Of a DNA stretch of 64,000 nucleotides, positions 1 to 9,368 are shown piece by piece. The notes under the pieces were generated by a model. That model saw only the letters and a list, made by a program, of their open reading frames with translations, was not told the origin of the DNA and ran no database searches. Every line of letters starts with the position of its first letter. Position 1 is the first letter of the stretch. The stretch is from positions 1,774 through 65,773 of the forward strand of contig CAYSJA010000030.1 of NCBI GenBank assembly GCA_964431235.1, written 5' to 3'. The position numbers and the translations under genes are program-made. Source of the stretch: an uncultured Gammaproteobacteria bacterium. Lineage in GTDB: Bacteria > Patescibacteriota > Patescibacteriia > Patescibacteriales > UBA12465.

Positions 1-18
1 ATTATTAAATATTATTTT

Positions 19-1491
19 ATGGATATTGAAAATAAACTAAATAAGGTACGTTTAAGATTCGCGCCTTCGCCAACTGGATTTTTGCACATCGGTAATTTGC
101 GTACAGCTTTATTCGGCTATTTTTTAGCTAAAAGTCAAAACGGACTTTTTATCTTGCGCCTAGAAGACACAGATCAGGAAAGAGAAGTGGCCGGTGCACT
201 TGAAAGCTTGTTAAAAATATTTTCTTGGCTAGATATAAAATTCGACGAAGGCCCACATAAAAAGGGGGAATATGCCCCTTATATCCAAAGCAAAAGATTA
301 GATAAATACAAACTCCTAGCAAAAGAATTAGTAGAAAAGGGGGCTGCCTACCCTTGTTTTTGTACACCAGAACGCTTAGAAAAGATGCGTCAAAAACAAC
401 AAGCAAAAAAACTTCCTCCTCGTTATGATAGACATTGCCGCTCGCTAAGCAAAAAAGAAAGGGAAAGAAAAATAAAGAATGGGGAAAAATTTGTCATTAG
501 GCAAAAAATGCCCTTAAAAGGAGAGGTTGAAGTTTTTGATGAAATAAGAGGTAAAATAAAATTTTCTGCTTCTGATTTAGACGATCATGTCCTTATCAAA
601 TCAAACGGCATTCCTACTTATCAATTTGCTAATATAGTTGACGATCATTTAATGGCTATATCCCTTGTCAGTCGAGGAGACGAATGGTTACCATCTTTTC
701 CTAAAAATATTCTTCTTTATCAAGCTTTTGGCTGGCAACCGCCTAAATTTATCCATCTTCCCCTTATACTTAATAAAACAGGGGGCAAACTCAGCAAACG
801 GCAAGGCAACGTATCTGTAGAAGAATATAGACAAAAAGGTTATCTACCTGAAGCTTTGATAAATTTTTGCGCTCTTTTAGGCTGGCATCCTAAAAATAAT
901 AAAGAAATATTATCAAAAACGGAAATTGAAACAGAGTTTTCCTTAAAGGGTATAAGTGCCTCTCCGGCTATTTTTGACGAAGAAAAACTTAATTATTTAA
1001 ACGGGTATTATATAAGACAAAAATCCCTTCCGGAATTAGTTAAGCTCTGCCAACCATATTTAAAATTAAAAAAAAATAATATAAAAGATTTAAATCAAGA
1101 AAAAATAAAAAAAATAGTCACTATATCCCAAGAAAGAATGAAAAAATTAAGTGATATAAAAGAGTTAAGTTTATTTCTTTTTTCTTTGCCAAGTTATAAG
1201 AAGGAATTATTGCCCTGGAAAGAACTAACTCTTGAAAAAACTAAATTAAATTTAGAAGAAATTTATAATTTCTGGCAAAAAATAACTGAAAAAAATTGGA
1301 GTTTAAAATATTTGGAGAAAGAAACATTGTCTTGGATAAAGAAAAAATCAGGAAAAAATGGCGATTATCTCTGGCCTTTACGCGTGGCTTTATCCGGGCT
1401 CAAAAATAGCCCTAGCCCCTTTGAAATTGCTTGGACTTTAGAAAAAAAAGAAAGCTTAAAAAGAATTAAAAAAGGGATTACTAAATTATAA
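19..1491 (+). CDS. gltX: Glutamate--tRNA ligase
   Basis: RFAPSPTGFLHIG (HIGH motif), KLSKR (KMSKS-type), RGDEW; 490 aa. Confidence 0.97.
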   Translation: MDIENKLNKVRLRFAPSPTGFLHIGNLRTALFGYFLAKSQNGLFILRLEDTDQEREVAGALESLLKIFSWLDIKFDEGPHKKGEYAPYIQSKRLDKYKLLAKELVEKGAAYPCFCTPERLEKMRQKQQAKKLPPRYDRHCRSLSKKERERKIKNGEKFVIRQKMPLKGEVEVFDEIRGKIKFSASDLDDHVLIKSNGIPTYQFANIVDDHLMAISLVSRGDEWLPSFPKNILLYQAFGWQPPKFIHLPLILNKTGGKLSKRQGNVSVEEYRQKGYLPEALINFCALLGWHPKNNKEILSKTEIETEFSLKGISASPAIFDEEKLNYLNGYYIRQKSLPELVKLCQPYLKLKKNNIKDLNQEKIKKIVTISQERMKKLSDIKELSLFLFSLPSYKKELLPWKELTLEKTKLNLEEIYNFWQKITEKNWSLKYLEKETLSWIKKKSGKNGDYLWPLRVALSGLKNSPSPFEIAWTLEKKESLKRIKKGITKL

Positions 1492-1543
1492 TTCCCCCTA
1501 ATCAAATTTACTTCTGGATAGAAAAATGGTACAATAAAGGCAT

Positions 1544-2776
1544 ATGAAAGGAAAATATCTAAAAATTGGTTTTCTGCTTGTTATTGTTATTTTTATTTTA
1601 AGTAACCTTAAACCTCTTAAGGCAATTTCTAATTACGAAATAGACAAAGAAATTGAAGCTTTAAATTTAAAAATACAACTACAAGAGAAACAAATAAATA
1701 ATCTTAAAGAAAAACAAAAAGAATATCAAGAACAAATTAACGCTAAAAAAAACGAAAAAATAAGCTTAAATAACCAATTAGGAATTATTGATAACCGCTT
1801 AGCTAAAACCGAATTAGATATTGAAGAAACTATTTTAGAGATTGAAAAGATAAAATTAGAAATTAGAAAAACAGAAATAGACAGTAATAAATTAGATGAA
1901 GAAATAAATAAACAAAAAGAACAAATTTCCGGTTTATTACGCTTAATATACAAACAAGAACAAATTACTACCTTAGAAGCTCTTCTCTTAAATGATACTC
2001 TGTCTGATTTTTTAAATCAGATAAAATATTTAGAGAATACTAATGAGAAATTAGGCGAAAATGTAGAAAAACTAAAAAAACAAAAAAACCAATTAGAAAA
2101 AAATCGACAAATTTTGGAGAATAAAAGTCAGGAAGCATCTGCTTTGAAAATAAAACTAGAAGAAAAAAAAGATAGTTTATTATATGAGCAAACACAAAAA
2201 GAAAATATCTTAGAACAAACTAAAGAATCAGAACAAGCTTTCCAAGAACTTTTAGCTAAAGCTAAAGCTGAACAGAATCAAGCGCAAGTAGAAATCGCTA
2301 ATGCTGAAAGTTTGATTAGGCAGAAAATGTCGCAAAAAGAAAGAGAAAGGTTAGAAGATGGCGACAGCAGTATGACCTGGCCGGTTACTAAAAACTATAT
2401 TACTGCTACCTTTCATGATCCTGATTACCCCTACCGCAAAATAATCGGCGAACACTCTGGTGTAGATATAAGGGCAGCCCAAGGTTCCACTTTATACGCG
2501 GCAGCCGATGGATATGTTGCTAAAGTAAAATTTGATGGTTCTAAAAACTATGGCTATATAATGATAATTCATGGCAATAATTTAGCAACTGTCTATGGTC
2601 ATATTTCTACTACTTATGTAAATATAGATCAATATGTCACTAAGGGGCAAGTAATAGGGAAGACCGGGGGTACACCAGGTACGCCAGGATGTGGCAGTTT
2701 TTCTACCGGTCCTCATCTACATTTTGAAGTTAGAAAAAACGGATTACCGGTTAATCCTTTGAATTATTTACCCTAA
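1544..2776 (+). CDS. Secreted coiled-coil protein with C-terminal M23 peptidase domain (EnvC/murein hydrolase activator-like)
   Basis: Signal peptide, long coiled coil, HSGVD, YGH and GPHLHFEVR M23 motifs. Confidence 0.9.
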   Translation: MKGKYLKIGFLLVIVIFILSNLKPLKAISNYEIDKEIEALNLKIQLQEKQINNLKEKQKEYQEQINAKKNEKISLNNQLGIIDNRLAKTELDIEETILEIEKIKLEIRKTEIDSNKLDEEINKQKEQISGLLRLIYKQEQITTLEALLLNDTLSDFLNQIKYLENTNEKLGENVEKLKKQKNQLEKNRQILENKSQEASALKIKLEEKKDSLLYEQTQKENILEQTKESEQAFQELLAKAKAEQNQAQVEIANAESLIRQKMSQKERERLEDGDSSMTWPVTKNYITATFHDPDYPYRKIIGEHSGVDIRAAQGSTLYAAADGYVAKVKFDGSKNYGYIMIIHGNNLATVYGHISTTYVNIDQYVTKGQVIGKTGGTPGTPGCGSFSTGPHLHFEVRKNGLPVNPLNYLP

Positions 2777-2800
2777 TATTAAATAAAATAGAGCAGGGAA

Positions 2801-3760
2801 CTAAAACCTATCCTTACCGTGTATTTTGCGATGTATATCCCTTAGTTGTTTATTGGTAACATGGGTATAAATTTGGGTAGTGGCAATATTACTATGCCCT
2901 AAAAACTCTTGGAGTGTACGCAGATCAACCCCTTGATTAAGAAGATCAGTAGCAAAAGAATGCCTAAGAGTATGAGGTGTAGCCATTATTGGCAACCCAC
3001 TGATTTTTACATATTTTTTAACAATATCTTCAATGCTTTTAACAGTCAGACGACGCGACTTATCACTCAATTTTTTTTCACTTCCTCTTTTATAATTAAT
3101 AAATAAAGCTTCAGCCAAATCCTGCCTTTTATTTAAATAAACGCGCAGGGAAGAGACCGCTCGTTTAGAAAAATAAACTGTTCTTATCTTCTCGCCTTTA
3201 CCGATAACAGCAATTTCTAAATCATTAGTATCATCCTTTATCTTTACTTGATCTCTGTTTAGAGCAGCTAATTCAGCAACACGCAAACCAGTGGAAAACA
3301 AAGATTCAAGCAAAGCTTTATCTCTTAAACCGATAATAGTATTAATATCGGGAGAATTTAATAATCTTGATAATTGCTCCAACTTTAAAAACTTTATCTC
3401 CTTATCTGCTTTATCCTTTGCTAATTTAACCTTTGAGGGCGGTAGGGAAGTAATTTCTTTTTCTACAAAAAATTCCAATAAAGACCGCAAAGCAATAAGA
3501 TAATAATTTTGAGTAATCTTTTTAAGCGGTCTTTTTTTTATAGGATTAATATGGCGAGAAAGATATACTTTATAGCGCCAAATATGTTTAACATCTAACT
3601 GAGCAGGTGTTATAGAGCTTAGTTTCTCTTGCTTAAGCCAGAAAAAAAATTTATGCAAAAAACGCCCGTAGTTTTCTTGGGTCTTGACAGATAATCCTTT
3701 TTCTATTTCACAGTAATCTAAAAAATCCGGCAAGTATTTAATAATTGGTTTAGAACTCAT
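2801..3760 (-). CDS. XerC/XerD-family tyrosine recombinase
   Basis: Complete catalytic set: TGLRVAE (R), GKGEK (K), HTLRH (HxxR), LGH, TQIYTH (Y); SAM-like N-terminus; 319 aa. Confidence 0.93.
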   Translation of the reverse strand: MSSKPIIKYLPDFLDYCEIEKGLSVKTQENYGRFLHKFFFWLKQEKLSSITPAQLDVKHIWRYKVYLSRHINPIKKRPLKKITQNYYLIALRSLLEFFVEKEITSLPPSKVKLAKDKADKEIKFLKLEQLSRLLNSPDINTIIGLRDKALLESLFSTGLRVAELAALNRDQVKIKDDTNDLEIAVIGKGEKIRTVYFSKRAVSSLRVYLNKRQDLAEALFINYKRGSEKKLSDKSRRLTVKSIEDIVKKYVKISGLPIMATPHTLRHSFATDLLNQGVDLRTLQEFLGHSNIATTQIYTHVTNKQLRDIHRKIHGKDRF

Positions 3761-3883
3761 AATATGATTATTATATTTATATTATAGCAAAAATATTTAT
3801 TAATAAAAACAGAAATAATAACAGGGAATAAGGTTTAAATCGAGAAAAAGCTATATTTTTGCTTTATTTTATTCTATAAGAAT

Positions 3884-3911
3884 ACTTCGCATAATGTACC
3901 TTAATAAACGT
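3884..3911. other. Putative dif-like Xer recombination site (ACTTCGCATAA-TGTACC-TTAATAAACGT)
   Basis: 11-6-11 layout; CGCATAATGTA is identical to 11 consecutive bases of E. coli dif; intergenic, just upstream of the xer gene. Confidence 0.6.
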
Positions 3912-3923
3912 ATAATATAATGA

Positions 3924-3956
3924 AAGAAAAGGGTTGGTAATATATGCCAACCCTTT
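3924..3956 (-). terminator. Intrinsic terminator of the minus-strand alr-ftsQ run
   Basis: Stem AAAGGGTTGGCA/TACCAACCCTTT followed by a T-rich tail on the minus strand. Confidence 0.75.
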
Positions 3957-4076
3957 AATTACAGGCCCCTAACTAAACCAGCAAACCAAACCATCGTAAA
4001 ATGCTATGAAAACAACTAAAACAAAGTATTATAATTAACAAGAAACTAAATATTTTATAAAGAACTATTAATTAAT

Positions 4077-4217
4077 CTAACTCATGATTAAGCCCATAAA
4101 TCTTACTTCGGGCTGAAATAATAAAATAATTTTTATGATTAATAGAAAAATTCCAGCAGAAACTAAAGCAAAGACAAAAATGCCTAATCCAAATAAAAAT
4201 TTAAATACATTTTCCAT
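4077..4217 (-). CDS. Small 46-aa membrane protein (not in ORF track)
   Basis: Manual translation MENVFKFLFGLGIFVFALVSAGIFLLIIKIILLFQPEVRFMGLIMS*; starts 6 nt after the ftsQ-like stop; hydrophobic. Confidence 0.7.
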   Translation of the reverse strand: MENVFKFLFGLGIFVFALVSAGIFLLIIKIILLFQPEVRFMGLIMS

Positions 4218-4223
4218 AAATTA

Positions 4224-5063
4224 TTAATTTATAAATATCATATCACCGTAACGTAAATCAATATAATTTATTATATTAAAATTATCCCCTATTTTTTCCT
4301 TTTTGACAAGGGCTAAGTCATTGGCTTGAAGTTTGGGGTCTTTCTTTGAATTAAAATACACCTTAGGACCATTAATAAAATCAACAATTAGAGAATTAAA
4401 CTCTTGATCAATAATAAAGCGCTCTGGCTTTAAATCTTGATAATAAGATAAACTATCTTTTAAACTAAAAACAAAATCAAGATATTTAACATCTATATCA
4501 ATTTTATTTCTGGAATTAACCGAAACCGACTTACTTCTATTCTCTAAAATAAAATATTTTTCTTTATCCTCCTCTTTTACCGTTTCTTCTCTAATGATAT
4601 AGCCCTCTTTCGAAGCATAGAATAGTTCGGTTCCCTGCTGAAAAATAAAAGCATAAGGTCGTTCACTGATTTCTAATTCCAAAGTATCGGGTAAAACTTT
4701 TCTTATTTTTAATTGAGAAAAATTATATTTTTCTATAATTTCTTCTTCTAATTTTTTTTGATCAAACAAAAAAAAATTAGTTTCAGAAAAAAATAAATAC
4801 AAACGATTATTTTTTCTATCTTCCACCACTTTTTTGATTTCTTCAACGCTTATTCGGCTAAGCCCCTTAATATTAATATTCTTTATATTGAAAAAAGGAG
4901 TCATCAATAAAAAATAAGTCAGGCCGGTTAAAATTATTAATCCGCCCAAAAAAAACCATCTCTTCCCTGCCCTGGCTGTATTTTTAGGACGATAAAAAAA
5001 GGGGTTTTTCAAATTTTTAACTTGGTAATCAGATTTTATTTGTTTATTTCTCTTTTTTTTCAT
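4224..5063 (-). CDS. ftsQ: FtsQ/DivIB-like POTRA-domain cell division protein
   Basis: Single TM helix, FNIKNINIKG POTRA start, KVLPDTLELEISER, C-terminal YIDLRYG. Confidence 0.8.
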   Translation of the reverse strand: MKKKRNKQIKSDYQVKNLKNPFFYRPKNTARAGKRWFFLGGLIILTGLTYFLLMTPFFNIKNINIKGLSRISVEEIKKVVEDRKNNRLYLFFSETNFFLFDQKKLEEEIIEKYNFSQLKIRKVLPDTLELEISERPYAFIFQQGTELFYASKEGYIIREETVKEEDKEKYFILENRSKSVSVNSRNKIDIDVKYLDFVFSLKDSLSYYQDLKPERFIIDQEFNSLIVDFINGPKVYFNSKKDPKLQANDLALVKKEKIGDNFNIINYIDLRYGDMIFIN

Positions 5064-6225
5064 TTATTATTTTTTCTTTAACATTAGCTAAATTAACTAT
5101 AATTTTCCTAATATTGGCCTGTAATTTAACTAAAAATTCATAGGAGATGGTATCCATAAGAGCTGCTAGATTATCAACTGAATTAGGATCTGACAAATTA
5201 CTTGATATTACTTGAACCTCATCGCCGACTTGTATATTTTCTTGCCCTACTTCCAAACAAGTTAAATTCATACAAATTTTACCAGCTACAGAGGCAAAAA
5301 AGGATTCATGGCCATAAATTAAAAATTGGGCTAAACTTGATAAACGCCGATCCAATCCTTCATAATAGCCAAAAGGAATTACTGCTATCTGTCCAAAACT
5401 ATCTGTTTTATAATTTTCCCCATAGGAAACATTTTCATTAGGAGATACATTCTGAAGAGAAACAATCTGAGAGAATGCCTCTAAGGCCGGTTGTAGGGCC
5501 TCAACAGCTTCATCTTGCCTTTTTAGAGGATTATAGCCATAAAAGGCTAATCCAGGACGAAAAGCAGTTAAAAGGCGATTGTCGGACCAAAAAATTGCAG
5601 CTGAATTTCCTAAATGGACCCAACGCGGAAAATAGCCGGCTGAACGCAATTTATTCAAAGCTTCCAGAAAAACATCTTCTTGAAAAGAATTAAGTATAGA
5701 ACGATTATCAGCAGCAGCAAAATGCGAACAAAGTCCGCTTACTTCAACTTTATCAAGATAAATTTTATTATTAGTTATAAACTTATCAATATCTTTTATC
5801 CCTTCCCTATTCATGCCAGAATTAATAAATAAATGAATATGAGCTTTTTTACCGAAACGGGATAGATATCTTAAAGTATTTTCATTATAAACTACAAACT
5901 CCGTCTTTTTTAATTTAGCGTAATGATAGGCTCTAAGAGGCATTTCTCCTAAAATTAAAACTTTTCCTTTAAAATTGCGGTAAACAATCTGTGCCTCAGG
6001 ATAAGAATCAACGACTACTATTTTAGCTGATGTATAATTTAAAATAGAACAAATTTCTTTTAACCCGTGTCCATAAGCATTAGCTTTTAAAACTGGAAAA
6101 ATTTCCGCTTCCGATTGTAAATTTTTTAAATAATTAAAATTAGCCACTATTTTTTCAGCGTCAATTTCTATTCGATTTAAAGTATCATACCTAGGTTTTA
6201 TTAATTTTCTTATAATATTCATCAT
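5044..6225 (-). CDS. alr: Alanine racemase
   Basis: VLKANAYGHG PLP lysine, GMNREG, RPGL, VSYG, GKICMN; start chosen at an internal ATG. Confidence 0.93.
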   Translation of the reverse strand: MMNIIRKLIKPRYDTLNRIEIDAEKIVANFNYLKNLQSEAEIFPVLKANAYGHGLKEICSILNYTSAKIVVVDSYPEAQIVYRNFKGKVLILGEMPLRAYHYAKLKKTEFVVYNENTLRYLSRFGKKAHIHLFINSGMNREGIKDIDKFITNNKIYLDKVEVSGLCSHFAAADNRSILNSFQEDVFLEALNKLRSAGYFPRWVHLGNSAAIFWSDNRLLTAFRPGLAFYGYNPLKRQDEAVEALQPALEAFSQIVSLQNVSPNENVSYGENYKTDSFGQIAVIPFGYYEGLDRRLSSLAQFLIYGHESFFASVAGKICMNLTCLEVGQENIQVGDEVQVISSNLSDPNSVDNLAALMDTISYEFLVKLQANIRKIIVNLANVKEKIINEKKEK

Positions 6226-6229
6226 ATTA

Positions 6230-7315
6230 TTACAATTCATCAGTACTTAATACCAAACCTTCATTTGTATTTATAGTATCATAATCCAAACTTGTATCAA
6301 TATTAGATAAAGTGCCTCCTACCGGCAAATTAGTAAAATAATCGACTGCTTGGAACTTTATATTGGTAAGCAATTCAGCATAAGAACCAACTTGATTTTC
6401 TTGAGGAATAAGTTCAATCTCAAATCCGGCTTGATAGTTATTATTATTATCTTTTTCCATCTTTTCCACTTGCCAAATAATTTGATGGGCATCAGAATTA
6501 TAACTAAGCTTACCCTCTAACAAAGATGAATTATCAGTAAATTCAACGTTATCAGCTAATCGAGCGCTCATAACAAAATTTCTAAAATCAGCTGGTACAT
6601 CTAAACGAAAAAAAACCCAAAAATTAGTAGGGAAAAAAACAATAGGAGGAAAAGGGCCAGCGCCTAATTGATCACCTTGCGGACTATTATAATAAGCGGC
6701 GGCTTGAGCTGATAATTCAGAAGCTACTTTTAAATCATCGAGTAAAAAACTTTCTTTTATTCCTTGATTTAAAACAATATATTCACTATCTAAACGCCAA
6801 CTAATGATTCGGCTATTTAGGTTTTTTCTTTGAAAATAAACCAACAGATTTACTTCTCTATCCGTTCCTGGAACTAATTCATCTAAATAAAGATTAAATC
6901 CTTTTATTTCAGTACCAAATAAACTAGTTTTTTGCAAAGAAGAAAACTCTAAACGAGAAAGCGGAAAATCTTCTGATTGAGAAACTAAACTAAGTTTTAT
7001 ATCTTTAATTGTGTATTTACCATTATTTTTTAAACGGACAGTTAAATTAACCCCTTCTTGCCAATAAATATTCTGGCTTACAACCGAGAGATTAAGATCT
7101 AAAGGCGGATTGTTAAGATCTATTTCTTGCTTTTGCGGTGGCTTAGACCAAGGAGTAATACTTATTTCTGGTTGATAAGCGTACAAACGAAGCAATAAGG
7201 CTGCTAAAATAAATACTACAGCAATAAGTACTATATCAATAATAAGGTAAATACGACTACGACGATAAAAACGATTAAAGCGCCTATTAAAGTATTTTTT
7301 GATTCTCCTTAACAT
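6230..7315 (-). CDS. Membrane-anchored hypothetical protein with Ig-like beta domains
   Basis: N-terminal TM helix; beta-rich; GAGPFPP motif shared with the 44520-46496 protein. Confidence 0.75.
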   Translation of the reverse strand: MLRRIKKYFNRRFNRFYRRSRIYLIIDIVLIAVVFILAALLLRLYAYQPEISITPWSKPPQKQEIDLNNPPLDLNLSVVSQNIYWQEGVNLTVRLKNNGKYTIKDIKLSLVSQSEDFPLSRLEFSSLQKTSLFGTEIKGFNLYLDELVPGTDREVNLLVYFQRKNLNSRIISWRLDSEYIVLNQGIKESFLLDDLKVASELSAQAAAYYNSPQGDQLGAGPFPPIVFFPTNFWVFFRLDVPADFRNFVMSARLADNVEFTDNSSLLEGKLSYNSDAHQIIWQVEKMEKDNNNNYQAGFEIELIPQENQVGSYAELLTNIKFQAVDYFTNLPVGGTLSNIDTSLDYDTINTNEGLVLSTDEL

Positions 7316-7330
7316 ATTATTATTTTAAAA

Positions 7331-9361
7331 TTAGAAAAAATTTTTTATCCCGACTAATATTTCTTGCCGTCCATCTTGATTTAAATCGCTAAGGGTTATT
7401 TTTAAACCATCTCTAAAAATTTTATCATAAGCAAAAAATTGTCCTAATATTTGACCATTTCCAGAAAAAATACGAACTTGCGGTCCGCCACCCGGACCAG
7501 GGGCAACCACTATTTCCATCTGGCCATTACCACTTAAATCACCAACTGCTACCTCAACTCCACCTTTAAAGTTTTCATCGTAAGCTAAAAAGCTATATTT
7601 TAACTCTCCAGACAAAGAAAATACTTTTACTAAGGGTTTGTCGTTGAATCCAGCGCCTGTGATTAAATCTAAAGATCCATCAGCATCAACATCGCCTAAA
7701 GCTACGCTCACTCCACCTCTCATATTTTTATCATAGGCAAAAAAACTAGATAATAAACGACCGTCAGCGGAAAAAACTCTAACTTGAGGTCCGCCACCTA
7801 CAGTTGGTCCAATAGCAACTATCTCAAAAAAACCGTTATTTATTTTGGTGTCTATGTTAAGTTTATTTCTAAATAAATTATTATACGGAAAAAAAGAAAC
7901 AATTTCGCTACCGTTTTTATCTAAACTCAATTTTCCTCTATCAGCTACTATATTAATTTCCTCTGTCTCTTGGTAGCCACCGTCAGCAATCACTACTGAA
8001 GATCCAGTAGGAAAAACAGAGGAAAAGGAGAAAAAGCCATTTCTAACTTGATTACCTTTATCATTAAAAACCCGATAAAAATACCCATTTATAAAAGTAC
8101 TGTTTAAAATACTATCCGAAGTTTTTAGAATTACTAAACCGTCTTGTGATGGCAAATTGACAAAATTTATTTTTTCACCACTATTTACCTCTTTATCCTG
8201 CAAACTAGTTATTTTTTCAAAATTTTCTTTGGAAAAAACATATAATTGATTTTTATCTGTAGAATTTAACAATACTGATCCAAATTTAAAATCCCGACGC
8301 CATAACCCTGGTTGTATATTATTATTTTCAGTTAATAAATTATAAGCTGAATTTTGCGCCGGACCTAAATTAACACCATATTCGTCATACCACCAAGTTT
8401 GACTATGGTTTGAAGTATCATAATCAAAACTATAAAAACCTTCGCCTAATAGGGCGCTAGCTAAACCAAAACGCATGCTTTTATAATCTATCTGATTTTT
8501 TTTATTAACATTTATAATACTTAGTTGAGGATATATATTGGCTACTGGTAACTTAAGGTAAGTCTCCATTGATCCCGACCAGTGGCCGCCGTTTTCCCAG
8601 TAAGAAGGAAAAGATTCTAACATCATGCCATTCAACAAGTCCTGATATCCCCAAAAGACTCGGCCATTGCCGACAATGATGAATTCATCTCCTAAAAGAT
8701 TTCTTGTTTTTTGCAGCATTTCCCTAAAACCCTGTGTCCACAAATTGTCAGCTGATATTGAATCATCGCGATGACCATCATTATCTACATCAATATCACC
8801 ACCATTTATCCAAGAGATATCGCCCCAGGTATTATCATAAAAAACACCATCAAAAAATCCACTGCTAGCTATATTATCAGCTACAAACTCCGGCAAAAAA
8901 TCTTTAAATTTTTGGTTATTTTCATTCTTTCCAGAAAAATTAGTTAAATTAAGCATATAAGTTCCAGGCCAATTGCAAATTTTTCGTCCAGAAGTATCTC
9001 TCAACCACCAATTATCAGAAATTGCTAATCTTAACTTACGCCGTAAAAAGGCACCAGTATTACCAGCTGCTTGGTTAATATTATCAATTATTTCTTGAGA
9101 AGTTATATAAGCTAAAATAATAATATCAGGATTAAGTTCGCGAATCAGACGTAAAGCGCCGGGACTATTCTCTTGAACCTCCATATCTAAAACCAAAAAA
9201 TCCCACTTAGCCAATTCCCTAGCTTCCTGCTCGCTAATTTCCCACTTCAAAAAATAATTAGCTAGACGAGGATAAGTGTTAATGAGGTCGGCAGCTTGAA
9301 GGAATTGGGGATATAGAAAAAAACCAAGCAATATTAAAATAACGACTAATTTCAATTTCAT
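7331..9361 (-). CDS. Secreted putative glycoside hydrolase (GHL15-like TIM barrel) with C-terminal FG-GAP-type repeats
   Basis: Signal peptide; FDGVFYDN, NGMMLESF; repeats of GGGPQVRVF..FFAYD..GGV.VA.GD. Confidence 0.7.
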   Translation of the reverse strand: MKLKLVVILILLGFFLYPQFLQAADLINTYPRLANYFLKWEISEQEARELAKWDFLVLDMEVQENSPGALRLIRELNPDIIILAYITSQEIIDNINQAAGNTGAFLRRKLRLAISDNWWLRDTSGRKICNWPGTYMLNLTNFSGKNENNQKFKDFLPEFVADNIASSGFFDGVFYDNTWGDISWINGGDIDVDNDGHRDDSISADNLWTQGFREMLQKTRNLLGDEFIIVGNGRVFWGYQDLLNGMMLESFPSYWENGGHWSGSMETYLKLPVANIYPQLSIINVNKKNQIDYKSMRFGLASALLGEGFYSFDYDTSNHSQTWWYDEYGVNLGPAQNSAYNLLTENNNIQPGLWRRDFKFGSVLLNSTDKNQLYVFSKENFEKITSLQDKEVNSGEKINFVNLPSQDGLVILKTSDSILNSTFINGYFYRVFNDKGNQVRNGFFSFSSVFPTGSSVVIADGGYQETEEINIVADRGKLSLDKNGSEIVSFFPYNNLFRNKLNIDTKINNGFFEIVAIGPTVGGGPQVRVFSADGRLLSSFFAYDKNMRGGVSVALGDVDADGSLDLITGAGFNDKPLVKVFSLSGELKYSFLAYDENFKGGVEVAVGDLSGNGQMEIVVAPGPGGGPQVRIFSGNGQILGQFFAYDKIFRDGLKITLSDLNQDGRQEILVGIKNFF

Positions 9362-9368
9362 GTTAATT

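Noticed and set aside
2801-3760. Tyrosine recombinase as the integrase of a prophage or genomic island
   Set aside because: Xer-like size, housekeeping genes on both sides, and no tRNA, att repeats or phage genes seen.
7380-7830. Periodic DNA repeats as a possible CRISPR array
   Set aside because: They are degenerate in-frame protein repeats (FG-GAP-like), not identical repeats with unique spacers.
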